Assembly (NCBI RefSeq): GCF_006345805.1
Contig: NW_021835218.1
Location: 1-43,322, forward strand
Direction: 5' to 3'
DNA length: 43,322 nt
From: Octopus sinensis
Lineage: Eukaryota
Shown here piece after piece: positions 11,586 through 22,085 of this stretch (positions are counted from its first letter, which is position 1; each line of letters opens with the position of its first letter). The notes under the pieces are model-generated. The model ran no database searches. It saw only the letters and a program-made list of their open reading frames with translations, and was not told where the DNA came from. Made by a program: the position numbers and the translations under genes.

Positions 11586-11872
11586 ATATATATGTGTATG
11601 TATGCACAATAAAACGTAATGGTCTTACCTCATAACTTTTGGTTGGGAGGCCGAGTCAGGCCACATATTGCCCATTGACAGCTAAATATATATATATTTC
11701 CTTTGTTCACCAGTCTGGCTCCATCTCTGCCACCAATACAAACGAAACTTCTACTTAAAAACATAATTAAATGTAACGTACCATTAGATTGTACCAAGAA
11801 GGAAGTTCTGCGAGCAACAGATTTCCTTCCGATGAAAAAAAAAATGTTTGTTTCAGTTTTCGGCGCTGTCTC

Positions 11873-11905
11873 TGACGTCACTTCCTCTTAGTCATTACAA
11901 CCAAT
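11873..11905 (-). promoter_or_regulatory. Overlapping ETS-CRE composite motif with AP-1-like site and CCAAT box
   Basis: TGACGTCACTTCC 11873-11885 (GGAAGTGACGTCA on minus), TTAGTCA 11888-11894, CCAAT 11901-11905. Confidence 0.4.
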
Positions 11906-13258
11906 CATCGAATGTGGTTGCAGGGGAATAACTCTAAAAGTTCCAGATATTGCTAATTAAATCCACGCACCAGACATTTGCTGGTCACTTCAGCTTCTAT
12001 CGTTACGGTGGTTTTAAATTCATTCGTGACCCCTTCAACGACCCTTTATCCCACGTATGATTAAAAAACTTTGACAAACAAATTAAATTAACAATCCTTT
12101 CTACTAAAGGCCTGAAATTCGTGGGGAGGGCAATTGTTGATTCCACCGACCCCAAAAGGATGAAAGGCAAAGTCGACGGAATTTAAAGAAAGAAATTAAA
12201 GTAATTACAATATAGCTGAAGTGAAGATCAAATGTACACTGCGTGTGTTTAATGGCCAAATGTGACTCTTACCTACAAAGCCATCTCATCCCCGTGGAAA
12301 GCAGACATTCATTAAAGGATCGTTAATTAATTAACACGCGTCAGTTTCGTTTCCTCATAACGTCCAGAAAAATGAGTATTTGTCAGGAAACAGAACATTT
12401 TCTGAGTGTGTAGAATACGATCCTTCGGTATAAGTACACACGTGAATTTGTTTACATTTCTGAAGATAAGAGAAACCCTTTTCTTCCACCCTATATATAG
12501 ATAGAATTCTTCAAACTGTATAAAAATGCTTATTGTCTTCATTCGAAAGAGAAATAAATTCTAAATAAAAGGTGTGAACGATAGAAACAATTTTTTAAGG
12601 TTTTAGTAAGAAATAGAAAGAACTTTTATCATCGGTCTTAAATAATAAGAATGAAAAGTTAAATATTTATTAATTAATTAATTAATATCAACTTAAAACC
12701 AATAGAAAAATTATATTACATACGTATAACAGTGATGGACACCCATTAATTCTTTTATAAGATATCTTATCTTCGCGCATGTGCCATACCAACTCATTTG
12801 CATACGCGCCCCAGCTAGCGCGGACACGCGACTACGCGCACAGTCTTCGCAGGTGGTCGATAAACCGGGTCAAACAACTAGGTCACATGCAAAACTGATT
12901 GAAAAGGCGGCAGGTTTGCCAATTAGTGCGCCGAAAGAAATACTTAGATGTACTCAGACCGAGCGACTATCCGGGGAAACGAACCCCCAGACCGTCACGT
13001 CGGACGAAGTACACCTAAGCATTTCGTCCGACGCTCTAACATCCCAGCCACCTGTCGCCATGAAAAAATTGTGTAAAAATAACTTATTTAAGTTTAAAAA
13101 AAAGAAGAAAAATTCAAGGCTGTCCTTCGTCGCTTTTAGACATTCTACCATTATTCCCACAACATTCTTTAACTTTTTCTCTCAAAAAATTCGATTAAAT
13201 TGTAATATTTCGGGAAGCCCCCACCTCACAATTTCTTTTTGCCAAATAAACTCAATCG

Positions 13259-13470
13259 CTATACATTCGTTCTTCACATCAGATTGTTGTTGTTCTTATT
13301 TTATGACCATTGTCTGATAATTCTTTCGTCACACACCCTGTGACCTCTTCAGCGACTCTCCGTCCCACGTCTCCCCCTGAAAGAGTTACAGATTGTGTGA
13401 CGAAAGATTTCCAGGCAAAGGACATAAAATGAGAACTACAATCAATCTGAAGTGAAGAGCGAATGTACAG
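13259..13470. mobile_element. Foldback element, ~94 bp imperfect arms, 24 nt spacer, HHR motif in each arm
   Basis: 13259-13352 pairs with 13377-13470; tctttcgtcacaca/tgtgtgacgaaaga perfect 14 bp core. Confidence 0.8.
13312..13356 (-). ncRNA. Minimal type I hammerhead ribozyme motif (partly decayed)
   Basis: Minus strand gtcg CTGAAGA g GTCAC agggtgt GTGAC GAA AGAATTAT C agac; canonical core, perfect 5 bp stem II, near-palindromic helix III; first helix I pair and one helix III pair mismatched. Confidence 0.55.
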
Positions 13471-13623
13471 TGCGTGTGTTGATTTAACAAGAACAAATTG
13501 ACCGTCCCAAAATATAACAATATCTGTTTCGACACACGATTTCCCATCAGGAACCTTGCAAAACAAAATACATTGACGTAATTTTGATTAAATTTTTTAT
13601 TAAAAGAATGTGTAGTTGTGATG

Positions 13624-13902
13624 AACCCCAGGACTTATTCTGTCGGGTTTTTTTTTTTGCCGAACCACTAAGTTACGGGGACGTAAACACACCAACATCG
13701 GTTGTCAAGTGATGTTTGGGGGGACAAACACACATACATACGACGGGCTTCTTTCAGTTTCCGTCTACTAAATCCACTCACAAGGCTTTGGTTGGCCTGA
13801 GGCTATATTAGAAGACACTTGCCCAAGGTGCCATGCAGTGGGACTGAACCTGGAGCCATGTGGTTGGGAAGCAAGCTACTTACCACACAGCCACTCCTGT
13901 GC
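13624..13902 (-). mobile_element. tRNA-derived SINE family A
   Basis: Reverse complement of family A consensus seen at 9872 and 17055. Confidence 0.85.
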
Positions 13903-14496
13903 CTATATCAAAATAACATATTTAAGTATAAAAATAACATATTTAAGTTAAGAAGAAAAATTCAAGGCTGTCCTTCGTCGCTTTTAGACATTCTACCATT
14001 ATTCCCACAACATTCTTTAACTTTTTCTCTCAAAATGGTTTTTTTTTTTCAACCCAGTTTTGCTTTCACTTCTATTCAAAGCAGAATGCTTTTGCATCCA
14101 CACATAATATAAATATATACATATATAATATAATTATATACATACATACCTACGTAAATATGTATATGCTACAGGATATCTTCTAGTTAACCAAACACTT
14201 TTAAACTTCCTATACTGGTAGAATATGTTTATAAAACATCATTTTTTCTTGGTTTTATTGAGAAAATTCTATATGTTCTAACATATTTCGTCAATTTTAA
14301 CCATTACGTCCATTTAGGTAAATAACATTCTGAATATGTCCCTCGTTTACGAAACAGATTCGGTTTACTTAGATTTGTGAAGAAAAAAGATACCCTAAAA
14401 CAGATTGAAATGCAATAGATCGATTCAATAAAAACGATATGTGTTAGTGTAGACTTACCCAACGATATATTCCTTTCACATTGAATTCCGGTAATT

Positions 14497-14930
14497 TGTA
14501 GAAATGTCTGGGAAGTGAACAGTGTATGAGCCAGATAGATGCTTGCTTGTGTACAGAGAAAATCAGGTGTAGTGTTGGCGAATCTCAGGAAGTTTTCATG
14601 GATGCAGTGCTCCGACAACCAACAACTGATGCCGGCAGTTTGTTCCATGCTTCAGCAACTCTCAGCGTGAAAAAATGTTTCCGAAAGTCATGGAAGGAGC
14701 TGTGCTGTTTTCTGACTTATATTTTGTGAGGATGTCCTGGAGTGTCCGACAGACGGAATTGGAAAAGGTTTCCCCAGGTTGTGGATAATCTTGTGGGAGT
14801 TTACCAATTCAGTTGCCAAGTGTTGGGGCTTTAACATGTCCAGGCCCCGGAAAGCAAGGCCTTCAGAGTAAGGTGGTTGCCTGCTGCTGGGGATTCGCCT
14901 GGCTGCACCTTTCTCAACGGTTTCCAAGAA
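14497..14930 (-). mobile_element. CR1-clade LINE 3' fragment
   Basis: Minus strand ETVEKGAARRIPSSRQPPYSEGLAFRGLDMLKPQHLATELVNSHKIIHNL followed by the same KQHSSFHDFRKHFF segment and 3' UTR as the other CR1 copies. Confidence 0.8.
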
Positions 14931-14943
14931 GATTGATTTTCGT

Positions 14944-15089
14944 ACTACTTAAGAACAGTGGTCCCGGTGCGCCCACACGCGTAGGGGCGCACCGGCGCTC
15001 GCTAGTCGATCCTTACTTTGCTAGTCGTTGTAGGATCGACTAGTCACGACTAGCTAGCGCGAGCACCGGGACCATTCTTCTTAACTAGT
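14944..15089. other. GC-rich nested inverted-repeat cassette
   Basis: 27 bp outer IR (14944-14970 / 15063-15089) enclosing ccggtgcgccc/gggcgcaccgg, ctagtcgatcct/aggatcgactag and ctagtc/gactag hairpins. Confidence 0.7.
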
Positions 15090-15480
15090 GCCCTGACATT
15101 CTCCCCTCTATACACACGCAATCATGCATCTCACCCATGCGCTGTTCACTTCCCATTGAGGCATCAGCTATAGACGTCCCTTTGACCAGTCGAGGGGCCA
15201 CCTGAGCCCTGCAGACAAGAATCTCAGGAGATTCAATCAATAAAAATTAGAATGCAGGGGAGATAACTCATGCTGAACTGTTAACCAGAAGAATTGGCGA
15301 CTTTGGAGTTGAAGCTTCTGGGATGGAGAAAGGGTATTACGGGTGGAAGGGAATGATAAATGGGGGTAATAGATGTTTGGTTAAGAAGTCTGTGTTACAA
15401 TGAGGTTCTGGGTTCAACTCCGATAAGTGACACACTTCAGACATTTGTTGTTTTAGGCGTAAGGTTACCTGCAGCCTATA

Positions 15481-15829
15481 TATTCTTTTACTAGTTTCAG
15501 TCATTTGACTGCGGCCATGCTGGAGCACCGCGACCCCGGGACTTATTCTTTTGTAAGCCCAGTACTTATTCTATCGGTCTCTTTTGCCTAACCGCTAAGT
15601 AACGGGGACATAAACACACCAAGCGGTGTTGGGGGAACAAACACAGACACACACGCATATATATATACGACGGGCTTCTTTCAGTTTCCGTCAATCAAAT
15701 CCACTCACAAGGCTTTGGTCGGCCCGAGGCTATAGTAGAAGACACTTGCCCAAGGTGCCACGCAGTGGGACTGAACCCGGAACCATGTGGTTGGTAAGCA
15801 AGCTACTTACCACACAGCCACTCCTGCAC
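15481..15829 (-). mobile_element. tRNA-derived SINE family A (near full length)
   Basis: Tail tttcagtcatttgactgcggcc through head ccacacagccactcctgc. Confidence 0.85.
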
Positions 15830-15848
15830 CTATATATATATATAATAG

Positions 15849-16172
15849 GCAGAATCCTCACCCTACTTCTAATTAGTAAGTGATCTGTGTCACAATCCGC
15901 GCTGCGGGTCAGTTGCACAGAATTCAGAAAGGATCTCCGTGTAATGTTAACATCCAGCTGATGCCAGTGGTGAGATCTTGGATGTCTCCAAGATGCCTTG
16001 TGGGATGGCTTGTTGGCAAAGAATGTGTTTGTGATGCACAGGTTATGGTATGTGCAAAATTCAAGTAGTCTCTGACCATTGTCATTCATGTTGCCAATAC
16101 CAAAGTGTCCACACAAATGGGCCACGTATCATGGTCAGATCCCACGCAAGCGTTAAACTCCCCTAGAAGGTA
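15849..16172 (-). pseudogene. RTE-clade LINE APE-endonuclease fragment
   Basis: LLGEFNACVGSD...HFGIGNMNDNGQRLLEFCTYHNLCITNTFFANKPSHKASWRHPRSHHWHQLD...ADCDTDHLL, with frameshift. Confidence 0.85.
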
Positions 16173-16173
16173 G

Positions 16174-16537
16174 AGCAGTATAGCCTGGCGTTGATCGGGT
16201 TTGTTTCGACCCTTTAGAATTGGAATTTTTGAAAAGTAAAAATTTTGCATTATGTAGCTTGTTATTCTCTTTAAGTGAACATTTTTCTGGTTGAAATACA
16301 CCGAAAAGTGGCGACACAGCAGTGAAAAAATCGTAAAGAATAGGGATTTTTATAGAAAAAAAGCACCTTTTTGATGTTAATATGGTCCAGTTTGAATTTC
16401 TACAGAAGGAAGAGCAAGCCTTCTTCTATCATACTCTCAATTTTGGTCAACTTGCACCGTAGGGTCTCGGAGGAGATAGTGTTAGTTGAAGGCTACCAAA
16501 CCTGCCATACACAGACAACTTCAGCTTTATATATATA
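16174..16537 (+). mobile_element. Non-autonomous Helitron/Helentron-like element (copy 2)
   Basis: Highly similar to 10588-10924; agcagtatagcctggcgttgatcggg start, cacagacaacttcagctttatatata end. Confidence 0.55.
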
Positions 16538-17054
16538 AATACAGTGTCAGCTCAAGGTACCAACAACTCGGACAGTCACCTAGGATGCAATGTGCTAGGG
16601 GTCGCTAAGAAGGGCATGACAAAGACAAGGAAATTTGTTTAGCTTGCCTGGGACTCCAGCAACCTTAAGGCCGGCCCTGTATATATATTATGATACGTAA
16701 TAGTGTTGAGAAGACCCAAAGGTGTCAGGTAATGCTGAGTAAGTGCTATGGACAGCCTATAGTTAAGCTCCAGGTTCGGAGATTATGCAAATGAGGAGTC
16801 CAACGTAGGTCATATATCAGCAGGTGTATATATAAGAAAATAAACAGGATGAGATAAAAATCCAAGGCTGTGAAAGGTTTCTGAACATTTATAAATAGAA
16901 GGTCTTACAGCTGTTTCCGGGATATTTTATATGTCCCTTCATCGGGATATATATGTAAATTATATATATATACATTGTTGTATTTAGTAATGGTTTTTTT
17001 TTTCTTTTGCCAAATATACACATGCACTATTTGGCAAAAATAATACTAATAATA

Positions 17055-17408
17055 GGCGCAGGAGTGGCTTGCTTACTAACCACATGGTTCCAGGTTCAGT
17101 CCCACTGCATGGCATCTTGGGCAAGTGTCTTCTGCTATAGCCCTGGGCCGACCAATGCCTTGTGAGTGGATTTGGTAGACGGAAACTGAAAGAAGCCTGT
17201 CATATATATATGTATGTGTGTGTGTATATGTTTGTCCCCCTAGCATTGCTTGACAACCGATGCTGGTGTGTTTACGTCCCCATCACTTAGCGGTTCGGCA
17301 AAAGAGACCAATAGAATAAGTACTGTGCTTACAAAGAATAAGTCCCGCGGTCGATTTGCTCGACTAAAGGCGGTGCTCCAGCATGGCCGCAGTCAAATGA
17401 GTAATAAA
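17055..17408 (+). mobile_element. tRNA-derived SINE family A
   Basis: ggcgcaggagtggc head, B-box-like ggttcagtccc, family body and tail. Confidence 0.85.
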
Positions 17409-17558
17409 TGAAATGACCATCTCGAAAAACACGATTTCACATCATGAATCTTACAGAATGAAATGATAAACGTATATATATATACATAGTTGAAAAAGAT
17501 TAGAGATCTATACAAGTCAAATTTTTATATATATAAGATGGAGATGAAAATAGCATAG

Positions 17559-17798
17559 AAGTAAATCTAAGAGGGAATTTAATAAGAATGATTTTAAAAT
17601 TATACAAAGAAAACATTACCGGTTTCAATGATGAATCTCATCTTATCAAATATAAGTAAAGATTAATAAAATTTTGATGTAAAAATACACATCTTTTTCA
17701 CACCCCCGACAACATTTAAAACTGGTAATATTTTCTTTATATAATTTTAAAATCATTTTATTAAATTCTTTCCAAATTAAAATGTCTTAGATTTACTT
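17559..17798. mobile_element. AT-rich foldback element with HHR motif at arm/loop boundary
   Basis: 17559-17630 pairs with 17713-17798 (aatttaataagaatgattttaaaattatac / tataattttaaaatcattttattaaatt). Confidence 0.75.
17613..17653 (-). ncRNA. Candidate minimal type I HHR with U3:A8 core variant
   Basis: Minus strand atat TTGATAA GATGA gattca TCATT GAA ACCGGT A atgt; palindromic helix III ACCGGT, GUA cleavage triplet, 5 bp stem II with a G-U pair, only 4 bp helix I. Confidence 0.45.
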
Positions 17799-17837
17799 GT
17801 GCAATTCCCACCGCCATCGCTTATATATATATAAATT

Positions 17838-18154
17838 ATAATTAAGGCTATCTAAGAGATACTGCCATGCTGAAAATAGCAGCCAATATCTGACTCTAAA
17901 ACCACTATAAATGCTCATACAGCACAAGGAGAGAAGACAAAATAAAACTAGTAAAAAAATTACTGGATACTCTCAGCATATATTCCACTGATGAGGCAAA
18001 GCATTTCTGAAGTCAGAAATCCAGGATCTGGAATTATCGAATAATTTTTTACTATCTTCTCTATTTGTGCTATATGAACACTTAAGGTGGTTTTAGAGAC
18101 AGATCCTGGCTGCTACTTTCAGCATAGCGGTATCTCGCAGATACCCTCAGTTAT
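17838..18154. mobile_element. Foldback element, ~95-120 bp imperfect arms, HHR motif in the loop
   Basis: tatctaagagatactgccatgctgaaaatagcagcc... pairs with ...ggctgctactttcagcatagcggtatctcgcagata. Confidence 0.75.
17982..18034 (+). ncRNA. Candidate type I HHR (stem II imperfect)
   Basis: ATTCCA CTGATGA GGC-n-GTC a GAA ATCCAGGAT C TGGAAT: 6 bp helix I, canonical core, near-palindromic helix III, AUC triplet; extra A before G12 and a competing hairpin atttctga/tcagaaat. Confidence 0.45.
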
Positions 18155-18638
18155 AACTTTAATAATAATTATTACCTTTGAAGGTTTTTATTTCCATGCT
18201 GGCCACTTGATAAGATCGGCATTTAATTTAAATTAGCAATCTTGTACTTATTTATATATATATAGAGAGACATATATAAGTTCCAGGCTTTGTGTAAAAG
18301 AAATTAGAGGAGGATCAGTTAATGATGATTTTATTCTGAGATTCACACATTTATTGCAGCAGTTATTCAGGTTTTCTAAGACATGAACTCGGAACGCTGG
18401 GCGTCCAACCATGGCCTTTCGTGACACCCTCAAAGACAGGAAATTTTCAGCATCCCCTTGTATACCCGCATATATATATATACATAAATAAATGCAGATA
18501 GAAAGATTGATGTGTATGTACATATATAAATAGAGAGAGAGAGAGAGAGATATGTGCGAATGAAGATAGATAGATAATACAGACAGAGAGAATTCTTCGG
18601 GGTGGTGCCCCAGCATGATGACTGAAACAAGTAAGAAG

Positions 18639-19590
18639 GATGAGGGACAGCTATATGGACATGGAAAACAGAAGAAAATGATTGAGGTTTTGGGCAATTT
18701 AATACTTAAGAAAACTCGGGCCCAAGAACAGCCATGGACTGTGAAAAGGTAGAAATACCTGACCGCTCAAAACCTGTTTTTTCCCTTTTTCTTCTTCTTT
18801 ACCCCATATTGAGAATCAGCTAGTAAAATGTAATCAGAGCCTGAAGCCCTCATACCAGTAAGAAATAGTCCAAAATCCTCTTACTAAAGTATTACTCTGA
18901 TAATGTGCCGCTCACAGAAGCATTGCAACCCAAATGTCCCAGAGGAACACAGCTATATGGACATGAAAAACAGACAGAAAAAATGATTGGGGTTTTACTT
19001 AAGAAAACCCAGGCCCTAGAACAGTAGTAACTGTGAAAAGGTAAACCTACCTGACCCTGCCAAAACACTTTGTGTTTTTTTTTTCCCCTCTCCCCTTTTT
19101 TCTCTTCTTTACCCTATATTAAGAATCGGTTAATAAGAAATCCTCATACAAAAGCACATTTCTGAGAGGATTTGCTGCTCACAGATACTTGAGCCAGGGG
19201 CCCCAGATGAGGACAGCTACATGAAGAAATAGTTGAAGTTTTAGGCAGTATTGCATCTATGAAAATGCTGAAGAAAATTTAAGCCATGAACTGTGAAAAG
19301 CTACACCTACCTTACCCCTAAAAGCTCTCTGTGCTTTTATTTTTCTCTTCTTCTTTTCCGTATCTCTTTCCTCTTCTTTACCCCATGTTGAGAATCGGTT
19401 AGTAAGAAATAATCTGAAATCCTCGTACAGAAATAGTATTTCCGATAATGTGCTGCTCCTTGTGGGTAAGGCATCTCAGATGAGGACAGCTGTATGGACA
19501 TGAAAAATGATTGGGGTTTTAGGGAGTTTTTGTACCTATGGGAATACTGAATAAAATTCAGGCCCAAAAACAGTCATGGCCCATGAGAAG
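18639..19590. repeat. Old, diverged tandem repeat, ~3.4 copies of 265-300 bp
   Basis: acagct(a/g)..tggacatg motif at 18647, 18948, 19213, 19486; shared ctgtgaaaag, tctttacccc, gagaatc blocks. Confidence 0.8.
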
Positions 19591-20769
19591 TTAGTTACAA
19601 TCTTACATACCCCCCTTCACTGCCCCATTTTAAGAGTACTAAAAGCATCAAAGTCCTTGTGCCGAAACCGAACCCAGGCAGCACCCTGCTCAAGGGCAAG
19701 GTATCAAACTGAAAGTCCCCGATGACCCCTTTCTCCCTCCCTCTCCTCATCACCCCTATCCTTCCTCTTCGTTTGTAGAAAATTCCAGAACCCATCAGTT
19801 GGTCTGTAACTAACTTCTGCCCAGGAGACAAGAAGTCTTTTTTACTGGCTCAGGTTCAAACTCACAAGGAACATAATAATAATAATCCTTTCTACTATAA
19901 GTACTAGGCCTGATGTGGCGATAGTCGATTACATTGACCCTAGTATGCAACTGGTACTTAACTTATTGACCCTGAAAGGATGAAAGACAGAGTTGGGCTC
20001 AGTGGAATTTGTTGAACGTAAAGACAGACGAAATGCCTCTAAGCATTTTGTCCAGCATACAAACGATTCTGCCCAGTCGCCATAGTAACTGGTGGGGGAC
20101 AAACACATAGACATATATACGACGGGCTTCTTTCAACCAAATCCACTCACAAGTCTTTGGTCGGCTCAGGGCTATAGTGGAAGACCCTTGCCCAAGGTGC
20201 CACGCAGTGGGACTGAACCCAGAAGAATGTAGTTGGGAAGCAAGCTACTTACACAGCCATACCCATGCTTGTGGGTGTATATATGTGTGCAACTGTGTTT
20301 GGTTTGTTTACATCCTTGTAACTTAACAGTTTGGCTTGAGAGACTAACAGAATTAGTACCAGGCACTGAGGCCGATTTTGTTTGAATAAAACCTTGGAGC
20401 TTATGCTCTAGTATGGCCACAGTCCAATGATTAAAGCATAAACAAGGGAGAAAAAAAGACAGATGGAAGGTTCGACCTCAATCTTGGGTCTGTCTTTGCA
20501 GTAATTCCTTCTGATCCTCTTGAAGGACATTAAAAAAAAAACAAACAATAAGAAATTATAAAATGACAACTCAGGGGAACTTTTTTTTACCTACACATAA
20601 TTACATCGTCATTAATAATAAACTGTTAATTACTTTACAGAGGAAACGGTTAATGAAAAGCCATTAAAAAAAACAAAAACTGAAGAAGACGAAATATTGG
20701 GTTGAGACAAAAATTTTGCAAATTTAATTGTTTTATTCATCAAGTTACAAAGAAGAGCAGCCCAGCATT

Positions 20770-21400
20770 TAAATGTAGGGGCCATTGGGTTGCACCGCCT
20801 GAAGCCACTTTTCTGTCAGGTCTTTGACCCCATTTTGATGCTAGGTCTTGTCCTTTGAGGAGAAGAACTCCTTCACTGAAGCTGCCATCTCCTCTTGGTT
20901 GAGGAAGCGATCCATGGATCTGAGCAAGTAATGATCCAAGGGAGCAAGGTCCGGACTATTTGCTGGGTGGGGAATCCCTTCGATGCTCCATTCCATTGTT
21001 TTGAGTCCAAAGTTTTGATAATTTCTTTGAGACAAAGAACTCCTTCACTGAAGCTTCCACCTCCCCTTGGTTGATGGATTGTTGTGAGAGCAGAAAGTGA
21101 TCCATGGATCGGAACAAGTAATGATCCAAGGGAGCAAGGTCTGGGCTATCTCCCGATGGTGCATTCTGTTGTTTTAAGTCAAAAGTTTTGGTAACTTCTT
21201 TGCTTTATCGGTTAATTTACAACGAAAGCAGCTTCATCTGAGTTCACGATGCTTCATCAACCAAAAACGGAGATGGAAGTTTCGGTGAAGGAATTCTTTG
21301 CTTTGAAGGGCAAGAACTGTATCCAATATTGGATCAAAGGACCGACAGAAAGATGGGTTCAGACGGGGCAACACGATGACCAGTTCTTTGACTTCTAAGC
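20770..21400. mobile_element. Rearranged mariner transposase C-terminal remnants
   Basis: Minus strand PHPANSPDLAPLDHYLLRSM (YSPDLAP motif) present twice in tandem; plus strand EMEVSVKEFFALKGKN...ERWVQTGQHD at ~21245-21395. Confidence 0.75.
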
Positions 21401-21829
21401 TGCCATTGTTGTAAATTGACGAAGAAAGGAAATAAGTTTCAAAATATTAAGAAAGAACGAAACTCAGACAATTGTTGCTCATTCATTTTTCTCTTTCTTT
21501 CATTCTTTGAACCTTAATCTCTTTTAATCCATTTCGTTAAGTGTCCTTAAGTTTAAATAATTCTATTTAAAAAAACAAAATTATTTGAATTCTAAAAAAT
21601 ATGAACACAATCAATAATTGAAATTATTGTTTTTTTTTTTTCCTTTTTATTAATTTTTAATTTATTAATTAAATTTTTGAAAAAAAATAATGAAAAGTTT
21701 TTGTGTTTTCTTTAATTTTTGAAATAACTAAATCCAAACAAAATGGCCCTTAGGGTTCAGTCCCACTTCTATCATAGCCCTGGGCTGAACAAAACTATTC
21801 CACCTGATTTGGTTGTTTGTTCCTTCTAT

Positions 21830-22085
21830 AACCATGCCTGGCTCATTAGGGCCGGTTTCCTTGGCGTATAGGTTCCCCACCTGGATGGGATGCTGGTCCG
21901 TCGCAGGTGAGCTGCAAGATGCAGGAGGAGAGAGTGAAAGAGTCAGCAGAAGTTCGCCATTACCTTCTACCGGAGCCACGTGGAACTTTGGTGTTTCACT
22001 CACAAACATACACATCGCCCAGTCTGAGATTTGAACCCGCGATACCTTGACCACAAGTCCGCTGTTCTAACCACTAGGCCATGTA
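21830..22085 (-). mobile_element. tRNA-derived SINE (family D)
   Basis: Minus head tggcctagtggttagaac...gggttcaaatctc with A/B boxes; cacctggatgggatgctggtccgtcgcagg body. Confidence 0.7.

Noticed and set aside
12781-13317. 178 aa ORF
   Set aside because: Runs through an A-run and repeat sequence; no recognisable domain
17055-17130. tRNA genes at SINE heads (all families)
   Set aside because: A/B-box-like motifs are present but no complete cloverleaf, and each continues into a SINE body
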